A stretch of 32,000 nucleotides of DNA from Pseudomonas aeruginosa (GCF_001457615.1 NZ_LN831024.1:2310001-2342000), one strand, 5' to 3'. Shown: positions 11,686 through 22,162, counted from the first letter of the stretch. Numbers and translations: made by a program. The notes: a model not told the origin generated them from the sequence alone.

Positions 11686-13263
11686 ATGCAGATCGGCAGG
11701 CCGCGGCGGGACAGTCTCTTTCATTTCGGTATCGTGGTCGCCGCGCTCGCGGCCGTCCCGTTGCTCATGGCGCCGCTGGTGTACCAGCAGGCCAGGATGC
11801 GTGCCGAAGGCGAGGCCGCGGTAACCTCTGTCGCCATTCTTCGCCAGTTGGACACCCTGCTCGGCGTTGTCTCGGACAGCCTGGACAAGAGCCAGGAGGC
11901 GGTGGGCAAGCCGTGCCGGGAGGTCCTGGGCCGATTGACCCGGATGACCATGCTGAGCCCGTATTTCCGCTCGCTGGTCCTAGTGGAACGCGAGAGCGTC
12001 TATTGCTCCTCCCTGCGGGGCGAGTTGCACGATCTGCCGTTGCAGGTGGCCTTCAAGGCTTTGGGCAGCCTGCCGGCCGGGCAGCGCATCACCCCCAGCA
12101 ACGCGACGCCGCAGGTACCGGAGCGGGCTTCGGTCATCATGTCGCGTGGCGATGAAAACGGATCCGGCGTGCTGGCGATAATCGACGGTCAGTACCTGCT
12201 GGATATCCAACAGGCGGCTTCCTACGACGAACGGTTCCAGGTGCAGATGGTCCTGAGACAGTCGCAGCGACAGCTACCCGGCGGCGCGCCCGCCACCGGC
12301 GATGGCGTCGCCGTAGCGGCTTCGGCAAGGTTTCCGGTCGAGGTGCGGGTGGCGGTCGCTCCCGCGCTGGCCAGCGCCTATCGTGCCGATGCCTGGCGGC
12401 ATTACGCCCCCTTCATCCTCCTGGCCGCGTTGCTGGCGGGATATCTGGCGCACCTGTTCTGCCGTCGCCGGCTGTCGCTGGTCGGCGACATGTATCGGGC
12501 CATGCGCGCCCGTGAGTTCCACATGGTCTACCAGCCGATCATCCATCTCGATACCGGAGAGTGCCGGGGCGTCGAGGCGTTGGTGCGCTGGCAGCGGCCG
12601 GACAGGAGTCAGGTGCGGCCGGACATCTTCATCCCCCTGGCCGAAGACAACGGCATGATCGGCGATCTGACCCGGCACATCTTCGGCCTGGTCGCCGCCG
12701 ACCTGGCGCAACTGGGCCTGGGGGCGGGCGATCATCTCGGTGTCAATGTCAGTGGCTCGCACTTGGCGAGCCATGGGTTCGTCGACGACGTGCGGCGTTT
12801 GCTCGGCGCCATCGGCAGCGAAGGCCCGCAACTGGTCCTGGAAGTCACCGAGCGCGAGGCGCTGCCGCACGATGCGCAGTTGCAGCACAACATCCAGCAA
12901 CTGCGCGAGCTTGGCGTGCAATGGGCGCTGGACGATTTCGGCACGGGGCAAAGCTCGTTGTCCCACCTGCAGAAGCTGCATGCGGACTTTCTCAAGATCG
13001 ATCGCTCGTTCGTCAGCAGCGTCGGCAGCGGATCGGTGAATGCCGTGGTGCTGGAGACGATCATCGCGCTGGCGCAGCGCCTGGACCTGGCCATGACCGC
13101 CGAAGGCATCGAGACCCGGGAGCAGGAACAGTACTTGTGCGGGCACAGCATCCAGTGGGGGCAGGGCTACCTGTTTTCCCCGCCGCTGAAGGCGGCCGAG
13201 CTCTGGGCGTGGCGCAACAGCCGGCGCGGCGCAGAGCGCGAGGCGCGCGTAGCGGCGAGCTAG
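11686..13263 (+). CDS. arr: Membrane EAL-domain c-di-GMP phosphodiesterase with periplasmic CSS motif (Arr)
   Basis: ATG at 11686, 525 aa; N-terminal TM, YCSSLRGEL (CSS motif), second TM, GVEALVRWQRPDR, DDFGTGQSSLSHLQKLHADFLKIDRSFV. Confidence 0.85.
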   Translation: MQIGRPRRDSLFHFGIVVAALAAVPLLMAPLVYQQARMRAEGEAAVTSVAILRQLDTLLGVVSDSLDKSQEAVGKPCREVLGRLTRMTMLSPYFRSLVLVERESVYCSSLRGELHDLPLQVAFKALGSLPAGQRITPSNATPQVPERASVIMSRGDENGSGVLAIIDGQYLLDIQQAASYDERFQVQMVLRQSQRQLPGGAPATGDGVAVAASARFPVEVRVAVAPALASAYRADAWRHYAPFILLAALLAGYLAHLFCRRRLSLVGDMYRAMRAREFHMVYQPIIHLDTGECRGVEALVRWQRPDRSQVRPDIFIPLAEDNGMIGDLTRHIFGLVAADLAQLGLGAGDHLGVNVSGSHLASHGFVDDVRRLLGAIGSEGPQLVLEVTEREALPHDAQLQHNIQQLRELGVQWALDDFGTGQSSLSHLQKLHADFLKIDRSFVSSVGSGSVNAVVLETIIALAQRLDLAMTAEGIETREQEQYLCGHSIQWGQGYLFSPPLKAAELWAWRNSRRGAEREARVAAS

Positions 13264-13329
13264 AGGGGCAGATGAGCGTGCGGCGGAAGCGCAAAGAGTC
13301 GCGCCGGCGTGCGTCCGGCGCGAGGCGAT

Positions 13330-13740
13330 TCAGTGCCGCGGGCTGTCCTCGGGCAGCGCGAGCAACTGTTTTTCGCGGTTCCAGTCGAACGTTTCGCCGC
13401 GCTCTTCGGCTTCGTAGCGGCGCTCGTCGAGGCGCTGGAACAGGTCGATCTCTTCGTCCGGCATGAAGTGCAGGCAATCGCCGCCGAAGAACCACAGCAG
13501 GTCGCGCGGTACCAGGTGGGCGATCTGCGGATAGCGGTGGAAGACCTGGGAGATCAGGTCCTGGCCGAGGTATTGGGCGCCTTCCGGGTCGCGCGGCAGT
13601 TCGTCCATCAGTTCGTCGAAACGCTCGAGGAACAGCCCGTGGTTTTCTTCCGGCACCTGCTCGGCCTCGCCCAGGGCGCCGAGGATGTTGCGCAGGTGCT
13701 GGAGCAGGGCGAGGTGGTGCTCGAGGTAGGAGTTGGCCAT
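13330..13740 (-). CDS. Conserved hypothetical protein (136 aa, PA2817-like)
   Basis: Intact ORF MANSYLEHHLALLQHLRNILGALG..., acidic, Pseudomonas-conserved style. Confidence 0.75.
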   Translation of the reverse strand: MANSYLEHHLALLQHLRNILGALGEAEQVPEENHGLFLERFDELMDELPRDPEGAQYLGQDLISQVFHRYPQIAHLVPRDLLWFFGGDCLHFMPDEEIDLFQRLDERRYEAEERGETFDWNREKQLLALPEDSPRH

Positions 13741-13798
13741 GACGGGTCCTCTGGAAAAAAGCTGGGCAGTATAAAGGGTTTCGCGGCGCCGGCCAGTT

Positions 13799-14179
13799 TC
13801 AGCGGATCGCCGGGGACTGGCTCTGGCGCCGGCGGTTTTCCAGTTGCCGGCGTTCGCTGTCGAGGCGCCGCTGGTCCTGCTCCAGGCGCCAGCGCTGCTG
13901 GTCCAGTTGCTGCTGGCGGATCAGGTTGTCCTGCATCTGTCGCTGCTGCCGTTGCCGCTGCAGGTTCTGCTGCTGGCGTTGCAGTTGATCCTGCTGCAGT
14001 TGCAGGCGTTGTTCGTCGAAGCGCTGGCGCTGTTCCTGGAGCTGGCGTTGGCGCTGTTCGCCGGCGCGCTGCACCGCCTGCTGGTGCGGCTGCACGCCAT
14101 AGGGCGCAGGCGGTGCGGCCTGCGCCGGGGGCAGGAGGAGAAACGAGGCTGCCAGGCCGGTGGCAAATAGCTTGAGCAT
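13799..14179 (-). CDS. Small secreted Gln/Arg-rich protein
   Basis: ATG at 14179; MLKLFATGLAASFLLLPPAQAAPPAPYGVQ signal peptide followed by a QRQ/LQQ-rich helix, 126 aa. It is the in-frame 3' end of the 720-aa track ORF. Confidence 0.7.
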   Translation of the reverse strand: MLKLFATGLAASFLLLPPAQAAPPAPYGVQPHQQAVQRAGEQRQRQLQEQRQRFDEQRLQLQQDQLQRQQQNLQRQRQQRQMQDNLIRQQQLDQQRWRLEQDQRRLDSERRQLENRRRQSQSPAIR

Positions 14180-14307
14180 GATGGCCTCCCGTACGTCAGG
14201 GATGTGCCCGTCGATTCTAGCCAATCGCCCGGGTTTGGGTGGGTGAAGACGACAAAGGCGCCGGAAGGCGCCTTTGTCGGTTGCGACCGTCGCTTTGCCG
14301 CGGAGTG

Positions 14308-16755
14308 TCAGCGGATCCTGCCGTCGGCCAGTTGCAGTTCCTCCTTGGCGAAGTCGTCGACGTCGATCACCTTGCGCCGTGCCGCTTCGGCCTGGTGCAG
14401 GGCCTGCGCCTGCTCGGCGCTCAGCACGCCGGCGGCGGCGCCGGCATCGATCGGGTTCTGCCCCGCTTGCGGCTGGACCCTGCCTTCCTTGATCGCCTTG
14501 TGCAGGGTTTTCTCCAGCGCGGCGCTTTCGCGTACCGCGTCGAAGGCGTGGGCGAGGGCACCGACCGGGTCCTGCGGGTCCTTCGGCAGGAACGCGCCAG
14601 CGAGGATCGCCTGCAACGCCGGGTCGTCGTCCGGACGGCCGAGGATTTCCGCGATCTCGGCGTCCAGTTCGTCGCCCGGCCCTTTGTGCCGGCGGCCGAA
14701 CGGCAGTACCAGGACCTTCAGCGCGCAGCCGAAGAAGCGGCTGGGGAAGTTGTTCAGCAGGTCCTCCAGCGCCGCCTCGGCCTTGCCGAGGTTTTCCTCC
14801 ATGGCCCAGCGCAGCAGCGGATGCAGGTAGTCCGGGTTGCCCAGGTCGTGGTAGCGCTTGAGCGCCGCCGAGCCCAGGTAGAGATAGCTGAGGACATCGC
14901 CGAGACGCGCGGAGAGGCGTTCCTTGCGCTTCAGTTCGCCGCCCAGCAGCATCATGCTGAAGTCGGCGAGCAGGGCGAAGGACGCCGCCAGGCGGTTCAG
15001 CGCGCGGAAGTAGGGACGGCTGATGCGGTCGCCGGGCGCGTTGCCGAGGTGGCCGCAGCTGAGACTGAGGAGGAAGCTGCTGGCGGCGTTGCCGACGGCG
15101 AAGCCGATGTGCTTCACCAGCAGCGCGTCGAACTCGCGGGCGGCCTGGTCCTTGTCCTCGCGCTGGGCCAGTTCCATTTCCTTGAGTACGTACGGATGGC
15201 AACGGATCGCGCCCTGGCCGAAGATCATCAGGTTGCGCGAGAGGATGTTCGCGCCTTCCACCGTGATGAAGATCGGCGCGCCCTGCCAGGAACGACCCAG
15301 GTAGTTGTTCGGGCCCATGATGATGCCCTTGCCGCCATGGATGTCCATGGCATGGGCGATGCACTCGCGGCCGCGCTCGGTGAGGTGGTACTTGAGGATC
15401 GCCGAAAGCACCGAGGGCTTCTCGCCGAGGTCCACCGCGTTGGCGGTGAGGATTCGCGCGCTGTCCATCAGCCAGGCGTTGCCGCCGATGCGGGCGAGCG
15501 CCTCCTGGATGCCTTCGAAGGCGGCGATCGGCACGTTGAACTGCTCGCGGACCTGAGCGTAGCGACCGCTGACGTAGCTGCTGGCCTTGCCAGCGCTGGT
15601 GCCCACCGCCGGCAGCGAGATGGAGCGTCCGACCGACAGGCAGTTCATCAGCATCATCCAGCCTTTGCCGATCATTTCCTGCCCGCCGATGATGTACTCC
15701 AGCGGCACGAACACGTCCTTGCCGGAGTTCGGACCGTTCATGAAGGCGGCGCCCAGCGGCACGTGGCGGCGGCCGATCTCGACCCCGGGGGTGTCGGTGG
15801 GAATCAGCGCCAGGGTGATGCCCAGGTCCTCCTCGTCGCCCAGCAGATGGTCCGGGTCGTGGCACTTGAAGGCCAGGCCGAGGAGGGTGGCCACCGGGCC
15901 GAGGGTGATGTAGCGCTTTTCCCAGGTCAGGCGCAGGCCGAGCACCTCGCGACCTTCCCATTCGCCCTTGCAGACGATGCCGACGTCGGTCATGCCGCCG
16001 GCATCGGAGCCCGCGTAGGGGCCGGTGAGGGCGAAGCAGGGGATGTCGTCGCCCTTGGCCAGGCTCGGCAGGTAGCGCTGGCGCTGCTCGTCGGTGCCGT
16101 AGTGGAGCAGCAGCTCGGCCGGGCCGAGGGAGTTCGGCACCATCACCGTCGAGGCCAGGTCGCCGCTACGGGTGGCGAGCTTCATCACTACCTGCGAGTG
16201 GGCGAAGGCGGAGAAGCCCTTGCCGCCGTACTCCTTGGGAATGATCAGGCCGAAGAAGCCGTGCTGCTTGATGAAGGCCCACGCTTCTTCCGGCAGGTCC
16301 ATGCGCTGGCCGATGTCCCAGTCGCTGACCATGGCGCAGAGTTCTTCGGTCGGGCCGTCGACGAAGGCCTGCTCTTCTTCGGTGAGTTGCGCCTTGGGGT
16401 AGTCGAGCAGTTTCTGCCAGTCCGGGCGGCCGCTGAACAATTCGCCATCCCACCACACGGTGCCCGCCTCGATGGCCTCGCGCTCGGTGTCGGACATCGG
16501 CGGCAGGACTTTCTGGAACCAGGCGAACAGCGGACCGCTGAGCACGCGCCGGCGCAGGTCGGGCAGGGCGAGGGGAAGCGCCACCGCCAGCCAGAGCAGC
16601 CAGAAGACCAGCAGCAGCCAGCCGGGCGCGTGGCTGAACACGCCCATCAGGATCAGGTAGGCGGCGCTGATGCCGAGCGCGGGAGCGGGTGGGGTACGCC
16701 GATGGGCGAGGTAAGCGACACCGAGTACCAGTACGACTAACCAGAGCAACAACAT
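14308..16755 (-). CDS. Membrane-anchored acyl-CoA dehydrogenase (FadE-like)
   Basis: 815 aa; N-terminal TM segments, then CFALTGPYAGSDAGGMTDVG, GRYAQVREQFNVPIAAFEGIQEALARI, DIHGGKGIIMGPNNYLGRSWQ. Confidence 0.92.
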   Translation of the reverse strand: MLLLWLVVLVLGVAYLAHRRTPPAPALGISAAYLILMGVFSHAPGWLLLVFWLLWLAVALPLALPDLRRRVLSGPLFAWFQKVLPPMSDTEREAIEAGTVWWDGELFSGRPDWQKLLDYPKAQLTEEEQAFVDGPTEELCAMVSDWDIGQRMDLPEEAWAFIKQHGFFGLIIPKEYGGKGFSAFAHSQVVMKLATRSGDLASTVMVPNSLGPAELLLHYGTDEQRQRYLPSLAKGDDIPCFALTGPYAGSDAGGMTDVGIVCKGEWEGREVLGLRLTWEKRYITLGPVATLLGLAFKCHDPDHLLGDEEDLGITLALIPTDTPGVEIGRRHVPLGAAFMNGPNSGKDVFVPLEYIIGGQEMIGKGWMMLMNCLSVGRSISLPAVGTSAGKASSYVSGRYAQVREQFNVPIAAFEGIQEALARIGGNAWLMDSARILTANAVDLGEKPSVLSAILKYHLTERGRECIAHAMDIHGGKGIIMGPNNYLGRSWQGAPIFITVEGANILSRNLMIFGQGAIRCHPYVLKEMELAQREDKDQAAREFDALLVKHIGFAVGNAASSFLLSLSCGHLGNAPGDRISRPYFRALNRLAASFALLADFSMMLLGGELKRKERLSARLGDVLSYLYLGSAALKRYHDLGNPDYLHPLLRWAMEENLGKAEAALEDLLNNFPSRFFGCALKVLVLPFGRRHKGPGDELDAEIAEILGRPDDDPALQAILAGAFLPKDPQDPVGALAHAFDAVRESAALEKTLHKAIKEGRVQPQAGQNPIDAGAAAGVLSAEQAQALHQAEAARRKVIDVDDFAKEELQLADGRIR

Positions 16756-16907
16756 GCGGAATCCTCCATGAAGACGCCAGGCGGCGTCTCGAGCTTAGCC
16801 CGTTTGCCGCCGTTTGGCGGCAGGGCCGGTCAGCTTGGCCGGTTTGTCACGTTATAGGCGAAAACTTCCCGTTTAGACTGGGACAAATTGCCCGCCGGGA
16901 GCCCGCC

Positions 16908-17579
16908 ATGCAGTCCTACCTACAATCCGGCCGCTTCGTGGATAGTGACCACCCGGTGGTGGTGGAGTTCGCGGAAAAATCCCGGGGGAATTCGGCGAAA
17001 CCGCGTGACCAGGCGGTCGCGCTGTACTACGCGGTACGCGACGGGGTGCGCTACAACCCCTACGTGTTCAGCCGCGATCCGCAGACCCTGAAGGCCAGCC
17101 ACGCGCTGCAGCAGGGCGAGTCCTATTGCGTGCCCAAGGCCATCCTGCTCGCCGCCTGTGCCCGGCATTGCCGGATTCCGGCGCGGATCGGCCTGGCCGA
17201 CGTGCGCAACCACCTGGCCACGCCGCGCCTGCTGGAGGCGCTGCGCAGCGCGGTGTTCGCCATGCACGGCTATACCGAGCTGTACCTCGAGGGCCGCTGG
17301 GTGAAGGCCACCCCGGCGTTCAACCGTGCCTTGTGCCGCGCCTTCGACGTCGCTCCGCTGGAGTTCGACGGCGTCGCCGACAGCGTCTTCCATCCGTTCA
17401 ACCGCCAGGGCGAGCGCTACATGGAATACCTGGCCGATCACGGCCAGTTCGCCGACCTGCCGGAGGAACTGTTCTTCTCCCACTTGCAGCAGCACTATCC
17501 GCACCTGTTCTCCGGCCGCCCGCTGGCCCTGGACGGCGATTTCCAGGCCGAGGCCGGACAAGATGAAGGGCGTCGATAG
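16908..17579 (+). CDS. Transglutaminase-like (cysteine peptidase fold) family protein
   Basis: ATG at 16908, 223 aa; YYAVRDGVRYNPY...GESYCVPKAILLAACARHCRIPARIGLADVRNHL...HGYTELYLEGRWVKATPAFN contains the Cys/His/Asp-type layout. Confidence 0.85.
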   Translation: MQSYLQSGRFVDSDHPVVVEFAEKSRGNSAKPRDQAVALYYAVRDGVRYNPYVFSRDPQTLKASHALQQGESYCVPKAILLAACARHCRIPARIGLADVRNHLATPRLLEALRSAVFAMHGYTELYLEGRWVKATPAFNRALCRAFDVAPLEFDGVADSVFHPFNRQGERYMEYLADHGQFADLPEELFFSHLQQHYPHLFSGRPLALDGDFQAEAGQDEGRR

Positions 17580-17693
17580 TCACCATCAGCCGGCGCGTCT
17601 TCCTTCTTCGGTCCATCCTCGGTAGGGTGCGGCATGTCGTCCGGGCGCTCCGGCGACCCATCCGCCGCATCAACCGAAGAGGGAACGCAGAGT

Positions 17694-18314
17694 ATGTTGA
17701 CCATCTGGGGCCGGAAGAACTCGAGCAATGTGCGCAAGGCGCTGTGGTGCGCCGAGGAGGCTGGCCTGGAGTACCGGACGGTGGATGCCGGCGGGGCGTT
17801 CGGCCTGGTGGATGAGCCGGCGTTCCGTGCGATGAATCCGAACGGTCGGGTGCCGGTGATCGAGGACGACGGCTTCGTCCTCTGGGAGTCCAACGCCATC
17901 GTCCGCTACCTGGCCGCCCGCTATGCGCCGGGCGACCTCTATCCGCAGGACCCGGTGCGCCGCGCCGACGCCGACAAGTGGATGGACTGGACCACCTCGA
18001 CTCTCGCCGGGCCGTTCCGCGACCTGTTCTGGGGAACGCTGCGTACGCCGCCGGAGCAACGCGACGAGGCCCTGATCGCAAAGGCGTTGCAGACCTGCGG
18101 CGAGTTGCTGCGGGTGCCGGACCAGACCCTGGCCGGCCAACCCTGGCTGTCCGGCGAACGCTTCGGCATGGGTGACATTCCCCTGGGCTGTTTCATCTAC
18201 GCCTGGTTCGAGATGCCCATCGAGCGCCCGCCGCTGCCCCACCTCGAGGCCTGGTACCTGCGCTTGCGCGAGCGCCCGGCGTTCCGCACCGCGGTAATGA
18301 CCGAACTGACCTGA
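17694..18314 (+). CDS. Glutathione S-transferase family protein
   Basis: ATG at 17694, 206 aa; MLTIWGRKNSSNVRKALWCAEEAGLEY; NPNGRVPVIEDDGFVLWESNAIVRYLA. Confidence 0.9.
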   Translation: MLTIWGRKNSSNVRKALWCAEEAGLEYRTVDAGGAFGLVDEPAFRAMNPNGRVPVIEDDGFVLWESNAIVRYLAARYAPGDLYPQDPVRRADADKWMDWTTSTLAGPFRDLFWGTLRTPPEQRDEALIAKALQTCGELLRVPDQTLAGQPWLSGERFGMGDIPLGCFIYAWFEMPIERPPLPHLEAWYLRLRERPAFRTAVMTELT

Positions 18315-18389
18315 GCCGGCTACTGTTGCATTTTGTTACCCGTAGCCTTATCTAGCTCTTCCTCTTCACCTTCCGACACGGGAAGCCTA

Positions 18390-19322
18390 ATGAGTTCCGC
18401 CCTGTCCATCCGTCAATTGACGAAAACCTACGGCAACGGTTTCCAGGCCCTCAAGGGCATCGACCTGGACGTCGCCGAAGGTGATTTCTTCGCCTTGCTC
18501 GGCCCCAACGGCGCGGGCAAGTCCACCACCATCGGGATTCTCTCGACCCTGGTGAACAAGACCAGCGGTTCGGTCTCGGTGTTCGGCCACGACCTCGACA
18601 AGGACCCGGCCGGCCTCAAGCGTTGCCTTGGCGTGGTGCCGCAGGAGTTCAACTTCAACCAGTTCGAGAAGGTCTTCGACATCGTCGTGACCCAGGCCGG
18701 CTACTACGGCATCCCGGCGAAGATCGCCAAGGAGCGCGCCGAGCGCTACCTGACCCAGCTGGGGCTGTGGGACAAGCGCAACGAAGCCTCGCGGATGCTC
18801 TCCGGCGGCATGAAGCGGCGCCTGATGATCGCCCGCGCACTGGTCCACCAGCCGCGCCTGCTGATCCTCGACGAGCCCACCGCCGGGGTCGACATCGAGC
18901 TGCGTCGTTCGATGTGGAGCTTCCTCACCGAACTCAACCAGGAAGGCATCAGCATCATCCTCACCACCCACTACCTGGAAGAGGCGGAGCAGCTCTGCCG
19001 CAACATCGCCATCATCGACCACGGCGAGATCGTGCAGAACACCAGCATGCGTGACCTGCTGATGACCCTGCATTCGGAAACCTTCCTGCTCGACCTGAAG
19101 AACGTCCAGGCCCTGCCGCCGACTCTCGACGGCTACCCGACGCGGCTGGTGGACGATCACACCCTCGAAGTGCAGGTGGAGAAAAGCCAGGGCATCAACG
19201 ATCTGTTCGCCCAGTTGGGCGCACAAGGCATCGAGGTACTGAGCCTGCGCAACAAGACCAATCGCCTGGAGGAGCTGTTCGTGTCGCTGGTGGAGAAGAA
19301 CCTGACGAGGATCGCCCGATGA
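18390..19322 (+). CDS. ABC transporter ATP-binding protein (ABC-2 exporter, YadG-like)
   Basis: ATG at 18390; Walker A GPNGAGKSTT, signature LSGGMKRRL, Walker B LLILDEPTAGVD. Confidence 0.95.
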   Translation: MSSALSIRQLTKTYGNGFQALKGIDLDVAEGDFFALLGPNGAGKSTTIGILSTLVNKTSGSVSVFGHDLDKDPAGLKRCLGVVPQEFNFNQFEKVFDIVVTQAGYYGIPAKIAKERAERYLTQLGLWDKRNEASRMLSGGMKRRLMIARALVHQPRLLILDEPTAGVDIELRRSMWSFLTELNQEGISIILTTHYLEEAEQLCRNIAIIDHGEIVQNTSMRDLLMTLHSETFLLDLKNVQALPPTLDGYPTRLVDDHTLEVQVEKSQGINDLFAQLGAQGIEVLSLRNKTNRLEELFVSLVEKNLTRIAR

Positions 19323-20098
19323 GCAGCGAGCTGAGCGCCAACCTGGTCGCCCTGAACACCATCGTCTACCGCGAGGTGCGCCGCTTCACCCGGATCTGGC
19401 CGCAGACCCTGCTGCCGCCGGCGATCACCATGGTCCTGTACTTCGTGATCTTCGGCAATTTGATCGGCCGGCAGATCGGCGACATGGGCGGCTTCACCTA
19501 CATGGAATACATCGTGCCCGGCCTGATCATGATGTCGGTGATCACCAACGCCTACGGCAACGTGGTGTCGAGCTTCTTCGGCAGCAAGTTCCAGCGCTCG
19601 GTGGAGGAGCTGCTGGTGTCGCCGGTATCGCCGCACACCATCCTCCTCGGCTACACCATCGGCGGCGTACTGCGCGGCCTGGCGGTGGGGGTGATCGTGA
19701 CCATGCTGTCGCTGTTCTTCACCAAGCTGCAGGTGCACCACCTGGGCATCACGGTGCTGGTGGTGGTGCTTACCGCGACCATTTTCTCCCTGGGCGGTTT
19801 CATCAACGCGGTGTTCGCGCGCAACTTCGACGACATCTCGATCATCCCGACCTTCGTGCTGACGCCGCTGACCTACCTGGGCGGGGTGTTCTACTCGATC
19901 AACCTGCTGCCGCCGTTCTGGCAGACCGTGTCGCTGGCCAACCCGATCCTGCACATGGTCAACGCCTTCCGCTACGGCATCCTCGGCGTCTCCGACATTC
20001 GCATCGGCGTGGCCATCGGCTTCATGCTGCTGGCCACCGCGGTGCTCTATCTCGGCTGCGTAAGGCTGCTGGTGAGCGGGCGCGGCATGCGCCAGTGA
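19319..20098 (+). CDS. ABC-2 type permease (YadH-like)
   Basis: ATGA overlap with the ATPase; 259 aa multi-TM, VVSSFFGSKFQRSVEELLVSPVSPHTILLGY. Confidence 0.93.
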   Translation: MSSELSANLVALNTIVYREVRRFTRIWPQTLLPPAITMVLYFVIFGNLIGRQIGDMGGFTYMEYIVPGLIMMSVITNAYGNVVSSFFGSKFQRSVEELLVSPVSPHTILLGYTIGGVLRGLAVGVIVTMLSLFFTKLQVHHLGITVLVVVLTATIFSLGGFINAVFARNFDDISIIPTFVLTPLTYLGGVFYSINLLPPFWQTVSLANPILHMVNAFRYGILGVSDIRIGVAIGFMLLATAVLYLGCVRLLVSGRGMRQ

Positions 20099-20120
20099 AA
20101 CGCTCGAAGGCATGAAACAG

Positions 20121-20141
20121 AAGCCCCCGTCATGGGGGCTT
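20121..20141. terminator. Hairpin between the convergent ABC permease and copS
   Basis: AAGCCCCC-gtcat-GGGGGCTT; weak U-tract on either side. Confidence 0.5.
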
Positions 20142-20147
20142 CGCGTT

Positions 20148-21479
20148 TCATCGGCGCGGGCGAGCGAAATCGATGACGAAACGGGTCCAGCCGTCGGCAG
20201 ACTCGCAGCGGATCTCGCCGCCGTGGGCCTGGACGATGGAGCGGCAGATCGCCAGGCCGAGCCCGGCGTGTTCACCCTGGCCTTCGCGGCGCGCCGGATC
20301 GGCACGATAGAACCGGTCGAACAGGCGCGGCAAGCGCTCGGGAGGAATCGCCGGACCCTGGTTCTCCACGCTCAGGCGTCGGTCGCCGAGACGGATACGT
20401 ATCTCGCCGCCATCGGCGGTGAAGCGCAGGGCGTTGTCCAGCAGGTTGGCCAGCACCCGCCGCAGCATGCCGCGGTCGCCGGGCAGGCTCAGGCTGCCTT
20501 CGCGCAGCAGGCGGATGTCGCGGTCTTCCGCCAGCGGCTGGTAGAACTCCAGCAGCGAGTCGACTTCCGCGCCCAGGTCCAGGGCCTGGCGGCTGGGCGC
20601 CAGCAGGCCGTGGTCGGCCTTGGCCAGCAACAGCATGTCGTTGACCATCGCGGTGAGCCGTTCCAGCTCCTCGAGGTTGCCGTGCAGGGCCTCGCGATAA
20701 TCCTCCAGCGAGCGTGGGCGGGACAATACCACCTGGGTCTGGGTCAGCAGACTGGTGAGCGGGGTGCGCAACTCGTGGGCGATGTCGGCGGAGAACGCCG
20801 AGAGGCGCTGGAAGGCTTCTTCCAGGCGCGCCAGCATGGCGTTCAGCTCGCCGGCCAGTCCGCGCAGCTCCTCTGGCATCCGGCTGGCGTCGAGGCGGGT
20901 GGTGAGGGAGTTGGCGGAAACCCGCGCGGCGACTTCGCGCATCCGTCGCAGCGGCGCCAGGCTGGCGCCGGTGGCCCAGGCGCCGAGCAGCGCCGTGGCC
21001 AGCGCCGACAGGCTCATGGTCAGCCAGATCAACTGGCGCATGCGTTGCAGGAAGTGCTGGTGATGACTGATGTCGAGGATCACGGTGAGTTGCGGCGAAG
21101 CGTCGTTGCCGGGCTCCAGCGGGGCGCCGAGTTCGCGGTTGGCGGGCAGGCCGGGATGCGCAGGCTGCGGCAGGCGCTCGAACCAGAGGCTGCCATCCGG
21201 GCCGTTCAGGCGCAGGCCGAGGTCGGGATGGCGTGCCAGTTCGCGCAGCAGTTCCGCTTCGCGGCGGCGCATCTGTTGTTCCGAGCCGAGGCCGCGCAGC
21301 TCATCGCGAAACACCGCGAGCTTGGCGGACATCGCCATATGGTCGAGCTCGACGAAATGCTCGTCGATGGCCCTGCTGAAGATCAATCCGGCGATCAGCG
21401 AGACCGCCGCCGTGCAGGCGGCGAACAGCAGGCTCAGGCGGACGCCGAGGGACATCCGCGAGCCGAACCCGGCGCTCAT
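20148..21479 (-). CDS. copS: Copper-responsive sensor histidine kinase CopS
   Basis: 443 aa; two TM segments, [22 protein letters not shown] (HisKA), [12 protein letters not shown]; overlaps copR by 4 nt. Confidence 0.88.
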   Translation of the reverse strand: MSAGFGSRMSLGVRLSLLFAACTAAVSLIAGLIFSRAIDEHFVELDHMAMSAKLAVFRDELRGLGSEQQMRRREAELLRELARHPDLGLRLNGPDGSLWFERLPQPAHPGLPANRELGAPLEPGNDASPQLTVILDISHHQHFLQRMRQLIWLTMSLSALATALLGAWATGASLAPLRRMREVAARVSANSLTTRLDASRMPEELRGLAGELNAMLARLEEAFQRLSAFSADIAHELRTPLTSLLTQTQVVLSRPRSLEDYREALHGNLEELERLTAMVNDMLLLAKADHGLLAPSRQALDLGAEVDSLLEFYQPLAEDRDIRLLREGSLSLPGDRGMLRRVLANLLDNALRFTADGGEIRIRLGDRRLSVENQGPAIPPERLPRLFDRFYRADPARREGQGEHAGLGLAICRSIVQAHGGEIRCESADGWTRFVIDFARPRR

Positions 21480-22162
21480 TCGTCGCGCTCTTCGAGAACG
21501 TAGCCCATGCCGCGCACGGTATGGATCAGGCGCTGCGGGTAGTCGTCGTCGACCTTGGCGCGCAGGCGGCGGATGGCCACCTCGATGACGTTGGTATCGC
21601 TGTCGAAGTTCATGTCCCAGACCTGCGAGGCGATCAGCGACTTGGGCAGCACCTCGCCGCTGCGCCGCAGCAGCAGTTCGAGCAGGGCGAACTCCTTGGC
21701 GGTGAGGTCGATCCGCTTGCCCTGGCGTTGCACCCGGCGGCGCAGCAAATCGAGTTCGAGGTCGGCCAGTTGCAGGGTGGTCTCCTGCAACTGCTGGCTG
21801 CCCCGGCGCAGCAGGGTGCGCACCCGGGCGAGCAGTTCGACGAAGGCGAACGGCTTCACCAGGTAATCGTCGGCGCCTTGTTCGAGGCCGCGCACGCGGT
21901 CCTCTACGGCATCGCGGGCGGTCAGGAACAGCACCGGTACGGTCATCCCGGCGTCGCGCACGCTGCGCAGGATCTGCCAGCCGTCACGGCCGGGCAGCAT
22001 GACGTCGAGGATCAGCAGGTCGTAGTCGCCGCCCAGGGCCAGTTGCTCGCCCTCGTTGCCATCGTCGCTCAGGTCGACGGCGAAGCCTGCCTCGGCGAGC
22101 CCCTGGCGCAGGTACTGGCCGATGCGCGGTTCGTCTTCGACGATCAGCAGTTTCATGTTCAT
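21476..22162 (-). CDS. copR: Copper-responsive OmpR-family response regulator CopR
   Basis: [31 protein letters not shown]; phosphoacceptor [15 protein letters not shown]; C-terminal winged helix [33 protein letters not shown]. The start may be the inner ATG at 22156. Confidence 0.9.
   Translation of the reverse strand: MNMKLLIVEDEPRIGQYLRQGLAEAGFAVDLSDDGNEGEQLALGGDYDLLILDVMLPGRDGWQILRSVRDAGMTVPVLFLTARDAVEDRVRGLEQGADDYLVKPFAFVELLARVRTLLRRGSQQLQETTLQLADLELDLLRRRVQRQGKRIDLTAKEFALLELLLRRSGEVLPKSLIASQVWDMNFDSDTNVIEVAIRRLRAKVDDDYPQRLIHTVRGMGYVLEERDE

Noticed and set aside
13799-15961. 720-aa minus-strand ORF
   Set aside because: Mostly an out-of-frame shadow of the acyl-CoA dehydrogenase; only the last 126 codons (from ATG 14179, with signal peptide) look genuine.
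14239-16740. 833-aa plus-strand ORF antisense to the acyl-CoA dehydrogenase
   Set aside because: It is a high-GC shadow frame: the opposite strand encodes a full family-matching acyl-CoA dehydrogenase, and the 833-aa product has compositionally biased, family-less sequence.
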